IMG/VR virus record: IMGVR_UViG_3300012936_000003
Location: 39,801-103,800 of that record
DNA: 64,000 nucleotides
From: a virus
Reading direction: 5' to 3' (one strand)
The notes below the pieces were generated by a model that searched no databases, was not told the DNA's origin, and saw only the letters and a program-made list of their open reading frames with translations. The stretch's first letter is position 1, and the number at the start of each line of letters is the position of its first letter. A program made the position numbers and the translations under genes. This document shows, piece after piece, positions 1 to 9,998 of the stretch.

Positions 1-94
1 CGTAGTCGTACCCGAACTGCTCTGACCAATACTTTTTGTATTGTTTGTCTTCGTAATTAAGATCTGATTTTTTTAGCTTAGCCATCTTTATCCC

Positions 95-1027
95 TTAATT
101 CACATTGTTATATCTAGACAAGATCCACTTCTCGGAGTGACCAGACGTGATATAATTTGCTTTAAATGTCTGTAGATTAACCTTGTTCATAACCAAAGAT
201 AATTTGGTCTGGGTTAAGTGATTAATCATTGTTGAAATACCAATCGGAATTACAGGAATTGATGGAGATGTTGGTAAGCCAAACAGTGGAGACTGATGGA
301 AATGACAAGTGAGCACAGAATTAAACTGCATCTGAATCATAAGCATGTTGTCCACAATCCCATTTAATTTGTCCACGTGTTTAACCAATTGCTGTAAAGC
401 AGTCACAAGTTTTTTACCTTTAACGATTGGTTCCAAACCTTCGTCGTCATTACCTGCAATCAAATCAATTCCATACACAGACTTACTTTCACTTGTTTGT
501 GAGTTCTCCCTGTCAGTTCTTGTCACCAGTTTAATACCTTCTCTACCAATAACTCTTACTGCATCTGCCTTGATGCCAATAGCAGACTTGGCTTTTGATC
601 TGGGCATTGAACCCAAGACAAGATTAAAGTTTGAATCAATGTCAGTCTTTTGACTTAAATAAATTCTAGCAGAATCACGAGTAAAGTCTGGATCACACAT
701 TGCACGTTCGCCGTTCTCTTGCCTCTCAATGGCACGACGACCCATTCTTCCGACCACCAAATCCATCATTCCAGCATGAGTGTGCCCTTTACCACCGTAG
801 CCGCTTGCACGAGAACCGGGGCGGTCTCTGCCCAGCACGACCCATGAGTTGTTTGCACCCTTGATAACTTTTTCACAACCAGCATTAATAAATTGAGGCA
901 CACCCTCTCTCATTGCTTCGCACAAAACACCGCTGGCATCTGTAGAAGAAGGATCTGCATCTTTAATTTTTCTTGCGACGGTTGAATCAACCGAGCTAAT
1001 ATCAATACCTTTTACTCTATCGCTCAT
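95..1027 (-). CDS. Probable baseplate central spike protein (gpV/gp138-like)
   Basis: 310 aa; beta-rich middle, C-terminal HxH motif (VLTCHFHQSP) as in iron-binding spikes; adjacent to hub gene. Confidence 0.55.
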   Translation of the reverse strand: MSDRVKGIDISSVDSTVARKIKDADPSSTDASGVLCEAMREGVPQFINAGCEKVIKGANNSWVVLGRDRPGSRASGYGGKGHTHAGMMDLVVGRMGRRAIERQENGERAMCDPDFTRDSARIYLSQKTDIDSNFNLVLGSMPRSKAKSAIGIKADAVRVIGREGIKLVTRTDRENSQTSESKSVYGIDLIAGNDDEGLEPIVKGKKLVTALQQLVKHVDKLNGIVDNMLMIQMQFNSVLTCHFHQSPLFGLPTSPSIPVIPIGISTMINHLTQTKLSLVMNKVNLQTFKANYITSGHSEKWILSRYNNVN

Positions 1028-1039
1028 CTCATTCCTTTA

Positions 1040-4000
1040 CTAGCATGGTGACCAGTTAACGTCCTTGCTCTTACCAGAGAACCCTAAGTTTCTAAAAACA
1101 CGTCTTTTGTGTTTTGCAACGGGGGAACATCTAAATTTACTATCGCTGTGAATCTTCAGCATCGTGGTTTCCCAAGTCTCGCCAGCAGGCAAGTTGCCTG
1201 CATATTGAAAGTGCCACCATTCGGATCCCATCGTGTTTGAACTACAATTTTTAAAATAACTCTTTCTTCCGCCAATTGGCTTATAATTGAATGCTCTAAA
1301 TAGTTGCGTAAGATTAATAAAGTTGCCAGTAACTTGTTTTATTATGGGCTCTCCCTTTGTTCCTCGTGGGCAAACTCGTGCATCCAGAGTTAATCTTTCA
1401 ACCTTGTGTCCTTCATACTCTGTACCGGGCTCTTTGTTAGAGCGTGCCCAAACAACCCACATTCTATTTCCGGGGTATCCCCCTTCTGGATCGTATGTTA
1501 CCACGAATTCACACTCGTTCAAATTCGCCGACGGATAAAGACTGCCAGCATGTGTGTAAATATCAAACGCCATGAATGTGTAGTGGAAAGATGTGGTGCT
1601 TCTGTTTTTATTATTTGGATCATAATTTGCGAGACCACGACCGGTGCCACCCGAAGGTAGAACGCCACCAAGTTCATTAAGAACCTTCTTAACTCCAATC
1701 ATGTCGTTCGCTGCATCTTCTCGCATGTATGCGTTGTTGCCGCCCTTACCTGCACAGAAGTCTGTTCGGATTGCGTCAAACTTAATCTTCACTTTTTTCG
1801 CCTTTGGTTCTGACAGTGGAACCCCTTCTCCTTGATATGTAGGGTTAGGAGTAGATGGACCACCGCTGAATGCGCCGCCACCGCCGTAGCCGCCGCCGCC
1901 AGAGCCGCCAGCGCCACCACCTCCAGCACCGCCTGCACCGCCGCCGGGTGAACACCCACCTCCATTTGTCGGAGTCGTACCTCCGCTGCCAACCTGTCCT
2001 GACGGTCCTTCCGGAGCCGGTTTTGGTGGTTCTGGTGGGGGAGGAGGAGGCTCTGGTGCTTTGTATTCTTCCCAGTAAGTCAGACCCCCTTTGAAATAAG
2101 CAATTAATTTTTGACAAGGATCAACATAATCCCCAAAAACCTGTGGAACCTGATAATCACGCTGGGGTATAAAATCGCCTGCCGCTGTTTTAACAATAGC
2201 TGGCTTGCCTTCGCCAGCCTTGCAGGGTAGAGCCTCCGCAGATAAATATGGTTTATCAGCATCGCTCATTCCGTTTTGATCTGTAACGATCAAATACGGG
2301 TGTACGGGTGGCATTGGACCACCCTTTTTTCTACTCCTCAGTATATTCTCTGGTGATTTTTCCAGCCACTCGTAAAATAAATCTCTTGGAGTCTTTTTCG
2401 CTTCTTCGCTTTTATTTTCTTCTTTGTTATCTTTAACTGTCGTAGCCCCCTCCGTTTTTGCTTTTGGATCTTCTTTTTCAGAATCAGCCTTTGGGTTAGG
2501 GTCTGTCCTAGTAACTTCTTGTTCTGCCACGCCGGTCTCAGGATTGATCAAACCAGAAATGGAGCCTTTGAGTTTTCCAATAAAACTCGTTTCTTCTTTC
2601 TTTTCGCCGCCTTCAGCGGCTGCTCCATCACTGGTAGTTGCTTCAATGTCTTGCCAACCTTCCGGCTTTAAATCTTTGAACAACGTCGGGCAAAGCTGTT
2701 TTGCCAGTGTGGGTGTCCAAGGAATAAGTGGTCTGCCGTTTGAATGGGGAATGTTGTGCTTATTACACAACTCAATGCACCCAGCCCACGCTTTCTGCAT
2801 TTCTTCAGGCTCATAAACAGCCACAAACATCTTAGAACGCACTTTTTGATGCCAATATGGAAACAGGTGCGATCCTACACCGCCGAAGCTACCGCCCGAC
2901 TCAACCGTCCGGAGAAGACCTCCCGGTCCAATAAACGTAGTCAAAATATGAGTCCCGCCGTGTGGTCTTGGGTTTCTCTGTTCCCGAGGAGTAACTGGTG
3001 AGTTGTGTGACAAAACTTTGTTAGCCTCTGTAATCTTTGCACGGGAACCAATAAAAATCTGATCACCGGGCATAACTGGTGGGTGGTCGGCAGCACCCCA
3101 CTCTGTGTTTGGGTCTGTGTTTGGGTCTTTAATACAAACTAAACTTCTAGCCTGACCACGACGATAGTTAGACACGGCGCAATGGTTGGGACCATTGAAA
3201 CCATATCCATTACCCATGTAGTCACGACCAAAACTTCCATTTGCACGACCTTTCATAGCTGGACCCCAACCCGTGATTCCATACACCACTGAGTGCCATG
3301 GCAAGTCAATTGTGCTACCCTCTGGGACGCAGCCTTTTTCTTGACCTTCCGACAAGTATCCCTTACCTGTCCAGCCACGGAATCTAGAAATCTCTAATCC
3401 ATTAAAATTTGTGTCCTTGCTCATCATAAGCTCTACCATGCACCTTGACAAGTTTGTGAAACCAGAACAATCAATTCCACCCTTTTCATAAAACCAATGT
3501 TTGCAACCCCATCCGTAAGGTCTACCACACTGATCTTCAGCCACTAGACGCTGGGCAAAGATAATTCTTTCATGGTAGGTCGGTAAGCTATTGACACATC
3601 CGATGCCAATATTTGCACTAACGGCAACACCCCTGCCGCCCTTCTCAACATAACGAATAAAAGCCGGTCTGTATAGGTGCGCTTTTCCGTTAGCTTTTGA
3701 GTTTGGTGGGTAAGATGGTGTCGTAGTTTGAAAGCAATTCTCGCACGTCTGAGGCGTAGAAGAACCAAAACTTGTAGCTGGTGGTAGTGGTCTAGACTTT
3801 TTAGGGTGTGAATTACAAACCTGCTTTTGTTTAGCTAGGGGCGCATAAGCCTGAACTGGAAACTTTTTATATACCTCAGCGGCATTGGCTGCTGCTAGTT
3901 TTTGAAACTCAGCCGTGTATTCAACCGCCTCACCGGGAGCGCCTGTTGGACCTCCACCTCCGCTGCCGGGACCGCCGCCGACTGGACCGTTAGCTGCATC

Positions 4001-4588
4001 GGCAGCGCATGTGGTGTCTGCTGGTTTCGGTGACGGCTCCGCAAAGACTTTTCCAATATAATAAGGATCTTCAAACGTCTCAATATTTCCGAAGCTAACC
4101 CAGACTAAATCGCCAGCTTCTGCATCCTCTACGTCTGAAGTTCTCGCAACAAAAGTTGGGTATAAATTTATTTTAGTGTATTCAGGATCTACTGCACCTT
4201 CTTGGTATGGAAGATATTTTTTCACTCTAGGCAGATCAACATGAAGTTCGGGAATGTAAACCTTGAATTGCTTCAACGGGTAAGGCATCTGCTCTTGGTT
4301 TTCACCCTCTTTCTGGTCTCCAAAGTAGCTCTGTAACCAAGAGTCTCTTGGTAGCTCATCTGGATCTTCTCCTGTAATTTCAGGTAGTTTTTGAATTACA
4401 ATTCCACGATATGGACCTGTGCCCGTCCTTGCATTAGGGGTCATTGCTTTCATTGCCGCCATCTTAATGGCACGCATTGAACCACCATTGGTCGGGTCTG
4501 GTGCTCCACTGGTTGGACTGGGGCGTACCGCTGGGTTTAGTACGCCGTATCCAATTTGTTTAACCTCTGCATCTGATAGTTTTCCCAT
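1040..4588 (-). CDS. Baseplate hub (gp5-like OB fold) fused to NlpC/P60-like and M15-type peptidoglycan hydrolase domains
   Basis: GPYRGIV..KVYIPEL..GDLVWVSF OB-fold pattern; YGWG..GIDCSGF; TSFHYTFMAFDI..EWWHFQY; Gly/Pro linkers. Confidence 0.7.
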   Translation of the reverse strand: MGKLSDAEVKQIGYGVLNPAVRPSPTSGAPDPTNGGSMRAIKMAAMKAMTPNARTGTGPYRGIVIQKLPEITGEDPDELPRDSWLQSYFGDQKEGENQEQMPYPLKQFKVYIPELHVDLPRVKKYLPYQEGAVDPEYTKINLYPTFVARTSDVEDAEAGDLVWVSFGNIETFEDPYYIGKVFAEPSPKPADTTCAADAANGPVGGGPGSGGGGPTGAPGEAVEYTAEFQKLAAANAAEVYKKFPVQAYAPLAKQKQVCNSHPKKSRPLPPATSFGSSTPQTCENCFQTTTPSYPPNSKANGKAHLYRPAFIRYVEKGGRGVAVSANIGIGCVNSLPTYHERIIFAQRLVAEDQCGRPYGWGCKHWFYEKGGIDCSGFTNLSRCMVELMMSKDTNFNGLEISRFRGWTGKGYLSEGQEKGCVPEGSTIDLPWHSVVYGITGWGPAMKGRANGSFGRDYMGNGYGFNGPNHCAVSNYRRGQARSLVCIKDPNTDPNTEWGAADHPPVMPGDQIFIGSRAKITEANKVLSHNSPVTPREQRNPRPHGGTHILTTFIGPGGLLRTVESGGSFGGVGSHLFPYWHQKVRSKMFVAVYEPEEMQKAWAGCIELCNKHNIPHSNGRPLIPWTPTLAKQLCPTLFKDLKPEGWQDIEATTSDGAAAEGGEKKEETSFIGKLKGSISGLINPETGVAEQEVTRTDPNPKADSEKEDPKAKTEGATTVKDNKEENKSEEAKKTPRDLFYEWLEKSPENILRSRKKGGPMPPVHPYLIVTDQNGMSDADKPYLSAEALPCKAGEGKPAIVKTAAGDFIPQRDYQVPQVFGDYVDPCQKLIAYFKGGLTYWEEYKAPEPPPPPPEPPKPAPEGPSGQVGSGGTTPTNGGGCSPGGGAGGAGGGGAGGSGGGGYGGGGAFSGGPSTPNPTYQGEGVPLSEPKAKKVKIKFDAIRTDFCAGKGGNNAYMREDAANDMIGVKKVLNELGGVLPSGGTGRGLANYDPNNKNRSTTSFHYTFMAFDIYTHAGSLYPSANLNECEFVVTYDPEGGYPGNRMWVVWARSNKEPGTEYEGHKVERLTLDARVCPRGTKGEPIIKQVTGNFINLTQLFRAFNYKPIGGRKSYFKNCSSNTMGSEWWHFQYAGNLPAGETWETTMLKIHSDSKFRCSPVAKHKRRVFRNLGFSGKSKDVNWSPC

Positions 4589-4598
4589 TCATCTTTTG

Positions 4599-4904
4599 TC
4601 AGTCCTCGTCGCCGTTGGACTGATCGCCTCCATTGATAATGTCATAAATCTCATCTTTAAGCTCGGATGAAATCTCTGCTTTTGAGCCACTATCTCGTTT
4701 GACGATTGAGGTTATTTTTACCAACTGTTCATTTGAGCGTTGCAGTGTTTCTAGATATTTTGCAGCAACCAGACCTACCGACTGATGGTCGCCTTGTCCA
4801 GCCATGTTGGAGATAAGATCTGTTAAAAGTTTAGATGCTAAGGCTCTATCGTCACGAATGTTTCGTGTCGCTTCGTCAACATATTCTTTTAGTTTTTTAT
4901 CCAC
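4599..4904 (-). CDS. Hypothetical protein
   Basis: 101 aa ORF packed in operon. Confidence 0.6.
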   Translation of the reverse strand: MDKKLKEYVDEATRNIRDDRALASKLLTDLISNMAGQGDHQSVGLVAAKYLETLQRSNEQLVKITSIVKRDSGSKAEISSELKDEIYDIINGGDQSNGDED

Positions 4905-4916
4905 CTGACCTGCCCC

Positions 4917-5639
4917 CTAGATATTACCGTCGTTCCACTCTGACATGAAAACCCTATATTTGGCTCGTAGTTTGTTCAGATTATTAACAACTTGTTTTGT
5001 GTTCAACCCTGTTAATTCTCTAATGTATAAATAAATAGCTTTCTTATTGAAAATTTCAATATCGTCTGGGTTTTCCATCAATACACATATTGCCTTATAG
5101 ACCTTTTCTTCGTTGGTTTTCATAGGCATCTTACCCCACTCACGAATCTCTCCCCATAGAGAATTCCAAAACTCCTCCTGTTCTCTTGTCTTGAGATAAG
5201 GGTTGTTCGTAGACATGTGTTTTTCTTCAATAGATTTGGGAAGTTCGTCAAATGTGATCTCTCTACGGTTCCTATAGGAATTCTTTTTCACCTTGTGGAT
5301 AAACCAGTTTTTCGTGATAACCGAGAAATAAGAGAATGCCTTTGAGCCCTTGCTCGGATCAAACTTTTCTAGAACAGTAGTTAACCAAACTTTGCACTCA
5401 TCCTTCAAGTCATCAATATTGGGAAGTGTCGTAAACTTATACGTGTATACGATCTTATCTACCATCTCGTTGAATGCAGGCTGAATCCACTCCCTATAGA
5501 GATGTTCTCGTTCATCCTTATCTAATGATGCAGAGTATGCAACAATCGCATCCTCATGTTCCTGACGAAAGTAGTGACGACCTGAGCCCCTGCGTCTTCT
5601 TCTTACTTTCTTCTTTGGTTTTTCCTCAGTCTGACTCAT
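4917..5639 (-). CDS. Phage sigma factor (T4 gp55-like late sigma)
   Basis: Region-2-like DDLKDEC..LEKFDPSKGSKAFSYFSVITKN; start moved to MSQTEE. Confidence 0.7.
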   Translation of the reverse strand: MSQTEEKPKKKVRRRRRGSGRHYFRQEHEDAIVAYSASLDKDEREHLYREWIQPAFNEMVDKIVYTYKFTTLPNIDDLKDECKVWLTTVLEKFDPSKGSKAFSYFSVITKNWFIHKVKKNSYRNRREITFDELPKSIEEKHMSTNNPYLKTREQEEFWNSLWGEIREWGKMPMKTNEEKVYKAICVLMENPDDIEIFNKKAIYLYIRELTGLNTKQVVNNLNKLRAKYRVFMSEWNDGNI

Positions 5640-5943
5640 ATTCTTCATCCTCCGTTTCTTCTTCAAATAAAATGGTAGAGTCAATGTCTGCAAGAGACTC
5701 AGCCAAAGATTTTGTATGGTCTAGCAGACCTCGCAAGGTCTCGTCTCCGTAAAAGGTATCTAAACCGTAAACAGTTTCAAGATGCTCTACGAAGTCACTA
5801 ACTTCTTCTGATAATTCTTTATTTTTTTCAATCATTACTGCCATCTTCATCAGAACTTTCCTAACGTACCACACCATCAGACCTGCGGTAGTCAGAGAAA
5901 AAATAGAAAATAAAATAATAATAATATCTACGGCAGTGCTCAT
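5626..5943 (-). CDS. Membrane-anchored hypothetical protein
   Basis: N-terminal hydrophobic helix, then coiled coil. Confidence 0.6.
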   Translation of the reverse strand: MSTAVDIIIILFSIFSLTTAGLMVWYVRKVLMKMAVMIEKNKELSEEVSDFVEHLETVYGLDTFYGDETLRGLLDHTKSLAESLADIDSTILFEEETEDEEYESD

Positions 5944-6188
5944 GATTCGTACTCCTTTGAGGAACTTTGCCTGTCCTCTTTCAGTGCCTCTCTCGCTTCC
6001 CTGATTGAACGTTTTACGACATCGCCAGCCTTTGATTCGTTAGGCTTTGCGTTGTAAGACACATATGGAAGAACTCTGACAAGCGTTTCTTCACCACACT
6101 CTGGGCACATTGTCAGAGTTTCTTCCATCGTGTGCCTTGTTTGAAACTCATGCTCACATGATTCACAAGCATAAGTATATCTAGGCAT
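5940..6188 (-). CDS. FmdB-family zinc-ribbon protein
   Basis: MPRYTYACESCEHEF..CPECG. Confidence 0.8.
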   Translation of the reverse strand: MPRYTYACESCEHEFQTRHTMEETLTMCPECGEETLVRVLPYVSYNAKPNESKAGDVVKRSIREAREALKEDRQSSSKEYES

Positions 6189-6394
6189 TAAGACTCGTCC
6201 GTCTCAGTAAGAACCACCGATGGTGCTTGTGCTTTTACCGTTGGTGGGTTCGTCACTACGAGTTCTGAAGCATCTGGCTCCGAATCAAAAGCAAAGTTCA
6301 TATCCCGAAGAACAGGAACAATGTCGCTCTGCTCCATTAGTGACTTTTGTAGTGCCATCATAAGGGCACCAATAGCTTGATTAGACAATTTCAT
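6188..6394 (-). CDS. Hypothetical protein
   Basis: 68 aa, stop/start overlaps with both neighbours. Confidence 0.6.
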   Translation of the reverse strand: MKLSNQAIGALMMALQKSLMEQSDIVPVLRDMNFAFDSEPDASELVVTNPPTVKAQAPSVVLTETDES

Positions 6395-7602
6395 TACAAT
6401 ACCTCCATAATTGAATTAAATAATTTTTGTCCTTGTTCACCTTCTTGAAAAGATGATACAATATGTTTTTGTAACTTCTTGGCGTTCTTTTGAGATTGAA
6501 TATCTCCATTGCGAACAGAACGCATCTTGAATTTTAAATCTTCCAAATCAACATAACACCAGTTTGTACCCTTTTCAATTACCCCATTCCAGACTGCCTC
6601 ATCTTGCACTGGCAAAACCTTATGTTCCACCCCAACGATGTGAGACTTTTCTTTCTTAGAGTTCTTTGCAGGCTTAAACGAAGTGAAATCCGTATAACCA
6701 CTCCACTCGGGAGCAATAATTTGCACCCCTGATGCCGCTGCTTCAAAGATTGGTAGCCCGAAGCCTTCTCCATGAGATGTACTCACATATGCGGAGATTG
6801 CGTCATCAGAATATAGTGACCTCATTTGACCATCAGTCAAATTTCCATGAATTAGGTGAATTTTACACTTTCTATCTGGGAAGTTGTCTAACAAACTCTT
6901 GATTGCCGACTTAGTGTTTTCCCTATCCTTTAGAGAATTGTTCTTAATATTGAGCTTGACAACATAACCAACATCAGAATCATTATGAAACTCCTCAAGG
7001 AAAGCAATGAGTGCTGTTTCAATGTTCTTTCGTGGACTCACTTGCGCCACTGTCAAGAAATTAAAATCGGTCGTGACGTACTTCTCAAACTGTGGAATTT
7101 CTTCTGACTGAACGTTTCTATACGGAAACGACACAACATCAATGTTTGTGTTTGCAGAAATTTCTCTCTCCTCTCCAAACGGATCTTTAAGAAATGTCTT
7201 CGCCTGAAGGAAACCATTTTTTGAATGTTGGGATGGGACAATAATCTTGTCTACCAAGTGCGTTCCCCGGATCCAAGAGTCAGAAATTCTGTCTGTCTCA
7301 ATGCCAGCCGTGATGCCGATGTTTTTCTCACAGATTCGGACCCACTCATTTGGAACTGTAATCTGGATTGACGCATCTGCATTTAAAGAATTACCTGCAT
7401 CAATGGTTTTTAGGAGGAGAGAATCTACCCATTGTCTCTCCTCATCATCTTCAAACTTCCAGCTAGTCGCACCCCAAGGAGTGTTGATAAGATAAATGTC
7501 CACTTTGTCTTCATTCGCCCTTAGAGAGCGCAAAACGAATCGTGCATGTTCACCATACCCAGAACGGGAAAGAACCGGACCTCTTACAATAATTTTTTTC
7601 AT
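6394..7602 (-). CDS. Glycosyltransferase family 4 (GT-B)
   Basis: SGYG N-terminus, RKN, GEGFGLPIFEA (Ex7E). Confidence 0.85.
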   Translation of the reverse strand: MKKIIVRGPVLSRSGYGEHARFVLRSLRANEDKVDIYLINTPWGATSWKFEDDEERQWVDSLLLKTIDAGNSLNADASIQITVPNEWVRICEKNIGITAGIETDRISDSWIRGTHLVDKIIVPSQHSKNGFLQAKTFLKDPFGEEREISANTNIDVVSFPYRNVQSEEIPQFEKYVTTDFNFLTVAQVSPRKNIETALIAFLEEFHNDSDVGYVVKLNIKNNSLKDRENTKSAIKSLLDNFPDRKCKIHLIHGNLTDGQMRSLYSDDAISAYVSTSHGEGFGLPIFEAAASGVQIIAPEWSGYTDFTSFKPAKNSKKEKSHIVGVEHKVLPVQDEAVWNGVIEKGTNWCYVDLEDLKFKMRSVRNGDIQSQKNAKKLQKHIVSSFQEGEQGQKLFNSIMEVL

Positions 7603-8870
7603 AACTGTTCAATACTCCAACTGTTGTAATTTTTTCTGTTATCCCAAGAACCATATTTGTCATGAACTTCTGTCATAATTTTATCCCAACTCTCGTGAAA
7701 CTTGTCAAATGCATAGTTTGTTAAAACGTGCTCACGTCCTGCCTTGCCCATTCGCCGCCGCTCGGCTGGAGGCATGTCGTACATTGCTTTTAAAGTCTTA
7801 ATGAACTGTTCTTTTGACACCCTATCTTCATAAATGTAAGGAACACCCTGTGAACTGTTCAGTGCTCTTGAAGCAGGTTCAATCCCGAGACCAAACCAAT
7901 CAGAGCCGTTCGTAACCTGCTCTTGCAGTCCACCGGTCATGTTAACAATGATTGGTGTCTCGCAAGCGAGAGATTCAAGTGTTGATAATCCAAAACCTTC
8001 TGCATCAGAAATATTAATTGTACAATCTGCCATGTTATAAATCATTGCAAGTTCGTTTGGAAGATATTTTGAAGACGAAATAAGAACTTCGCCGCCTGTT
8101 GCACCACGAGCCGTGATAAGGTGTGACAAATCGGCACCATACGGGTCTTGAGGGTCAGTGTGCATAATAAGAGAAACATTGTCTTTGCCAACTGTTTCTG
8201 CAAATTCAGAAAACCACCAAAGAACCGAAGCACTCATCTTGCGGCGGGCGTTTCTATTGTTCCAAAAGAAAACAAACCTATCTTCTCCACCAAGAGAGTT
8301 GATTTTAAAATCTTTAATTTTATCTTCATCAATCTTGTTAAAAACCTCTGTGTCAACCGTGTGTGGAAGATAATAATTATCTAACTCTGGTGTCACTTTA
8401 TTGACTACATCGTGAGTTAACTTTGAGATTGATACAATTGCATCATTTGAGAGATATGCCTCACGGTTAAAATGCGGGACTGGATAGTTGTCCCAAACAT
8501 GATAGTAAACAATTGGAACCAATGGACGAATCTCGTCTTCCATTTGCCAGAGCCACTGATACCACTTAGGGTCGGTCATGATCCACATAATATCTGGTCG
8601 TTCTGTACGAAGAACCGACCGAATAATTTCTGGTGTTCCAAAATATTCTTCTGGTTTTCCTGTTCCACCAACGGGGAAAATTTTCCAATCGTCTCCGTAC
8701 TTTTCTGTAACGACGGGGGTGTTATTATTGTTGGTAACTGCACCACCCAAGCTGACTACAGAATACTTTCCAGTATCCAACAGCCCCTCAATCGTATATC
8801 TTGACTGAATACCAACACCTGAAGGTGTAAATGGGTGGTCGCCAAGAGTTAAAATTTTTATCTTTTTCAT
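7599..8870 (-). CDS. Glycosyltransferase family 4 (GT-B)
   Basis: SGVG, RNARRK, AEGFGLSTLES; start at MKKIKIL. Confidence 0.85.
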   Translation of the reverse strand: MKKIKILTLGDHPFTPSGVGIQSRYTIEGLLDTGKYSVVSLGGAVTNNNNTPVVTEKYGDDWKIFPVGGTGKPEEYFGTPEIIRSVLRTERPDIMWIMTDPKWYQWLWQMEDEIRPLVPIVYYHVWDNYPVPHFNREAYLSNDAIVSISKLTHDVVNKVTPELDNYYLPHTVDTEVFNKIDEDKIKDFKINSLGGEDRFVFFWNNRNARRKMSASVLWWFSEFAETVGKDNVSLIMHTDPQDPYGADLSHLITARGATGGEVLISSSKYLPNELAMIYNMADCTINISDAEGFGLSTLESLACETPIIVNMTGGLQEQVTNGSDWFGLGIEPASRALNSSQGVPYIYEDRVSKEQFIKTLKAMYDMPPAERRRMGKAGREHVLTNYAFDKFHESWDKIMTEVHDKYGSWDNRKNYNSWSIEQL

Positions 8871-8871
8871 T

Positions 8872-9663
8872 TTATTTCCTTGTACAATGCTTAGTGTTGT
8901 AGAATTCACACATACCATACTGACCACTGCAAGCCAAACGATTCTTAATATGATTCTTGTTCTGAATGTTGTAAATTGCCTTGTTCAAAAGATTCATTGC
9001 ATTATCCGTCTTCTTCTTTCCTGAAGAAACAACAAAAAACTCAACTAAATCTTTCTTTGCTGTTCTCTTTAATAGGGCAAAATGAGTTTCAATATCTGAT
9101 GGTTCTACATCGTGCTTCATCGCATAAAAATTCTTATACAGGGTTAGCTGGTATGTGGTCATCGGCTCCGTTCTCCGTCTCATGTCCCAACCCCAAGAAC
9201 ATGTTTTCCAGTCAATAATATGAACTTTTCCATCTGGCGTTTTTAGAACCAAGTCAATATAGCCCTTGAACTTATAGTCTTCATACCCCGGAATACCTTC
9301 CATGAGGCTTTCCTCGGTTTTTAAAATCTCATATCCATCTGGAAAGTATTTGTTGAGTGCTGGAATTACACGGACTGCAAGTTCTCTCCCTGCGGATCTC
9401 ATCGCTTCCACGGTCTTGCGGTCTAGACCTTCCACAATCTCACGGGGAAGTTTTTTCAGTTCACCAAGGAACGCTATCTCAAACTTCTCAACCTCATTAA
9501 CTGTCTCGTCAAGGAGTTTAGTTTCGCAAACCTCGTGAAGTGCTGTTCCGAAAGCAGTATATTCGTTGCCTTGAAAGATCTTCAGCTTGTCAATGTTGAC
9601 AAGTTTGTGATACCAAGGGCACGTATTCCAATTTTTTAATTCAGAAAAAGATATGTGTGGCAT
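8872..9663 (-). CDS. PD-(D/E)xK nuclease (RecB/AddB/Cas4-like)
   Basis: SFS..CP, GTALH, GYIDLV, IIDWKT, YQLTLY, C-terminal Cys cluster. Confidence 0.85.
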   Translation of the reverse strand: MPHISFSELKNWNTCPWYHKLVNIDKLKIFQGNEYTAFGTALHEVCETKLLDETVNEVEKFEIAFLGELKKLPREIVEGLDRKTVEAMRSAGRELAVRVIPALNKYFPDGYEILKTEESLMEGIPGYEDYKFKGYIDLVLKTPDGKVHIIDWKTCSWGWDMRRRTEPMTTYQLTLYKNFYAMKHDVEPSDIETHFALLKRTAKKDLVEFFVVSSGKKKTDNAMNLLNKAIYNIQNKNHIKNRLACSGQYGMCEFYNTKHCTRK

Positions 9664-9671
9664 AATGTTAC

Positions 9672-9983
9672 CTATTCAGCCTTCTTTTTGCGCTTCTGCC
9701 TTCTTCTCAGGATAGCTGTCGTGCTGTTCTCTGGTTCTGTGGATGGAATTTTAATTGTCCATTTGCCAGTAACCTCTCCTCTAGCGTTGGTGATTGGGTT
9801 GCCAGAAATAACGGAAATCATGTCTGCACCCCCCTCTTGTGCAATCACCTGTAGCTCTCTCTCTGTTATCCTAGTAGCTGAGACTTTTGGGTGACGACAA
9901 TAAAGAGTAACTGTAATATAAGCCTCACCGATCTCTCTGTCAACCAAAACTTCGCATTTCTTTATGTCTTTTTTAAATTTCAC
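9672..9983 (-). CDS. Hypothetical protein
   Basis: 103 aa with GGAGG RBS. Confidence 0.55.
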   Translation of the reverse strand: MKFKKDIKKCEVLVDREIGEAYITVTLYCRHPKVSATRITERELQVIAQEGGADMISVISGNPITNARGEVTGKWTIKIPSTEPENSTTAILRRRQKRKKKAE

Positions 9984-9998
9984 TGTGTGTCCTCCGAA

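Noticed and set aside
1845-2117. GC-rich repeats / Arg-rich ORFs
   Set aside because: They encode the Gly/Pro linker of the hub protein
8872-9663. Cas4/CRISPR system
   Set aside because: No repeat-spacer array or other cas genes seen; stand-alone nucleases of this type are common in phages
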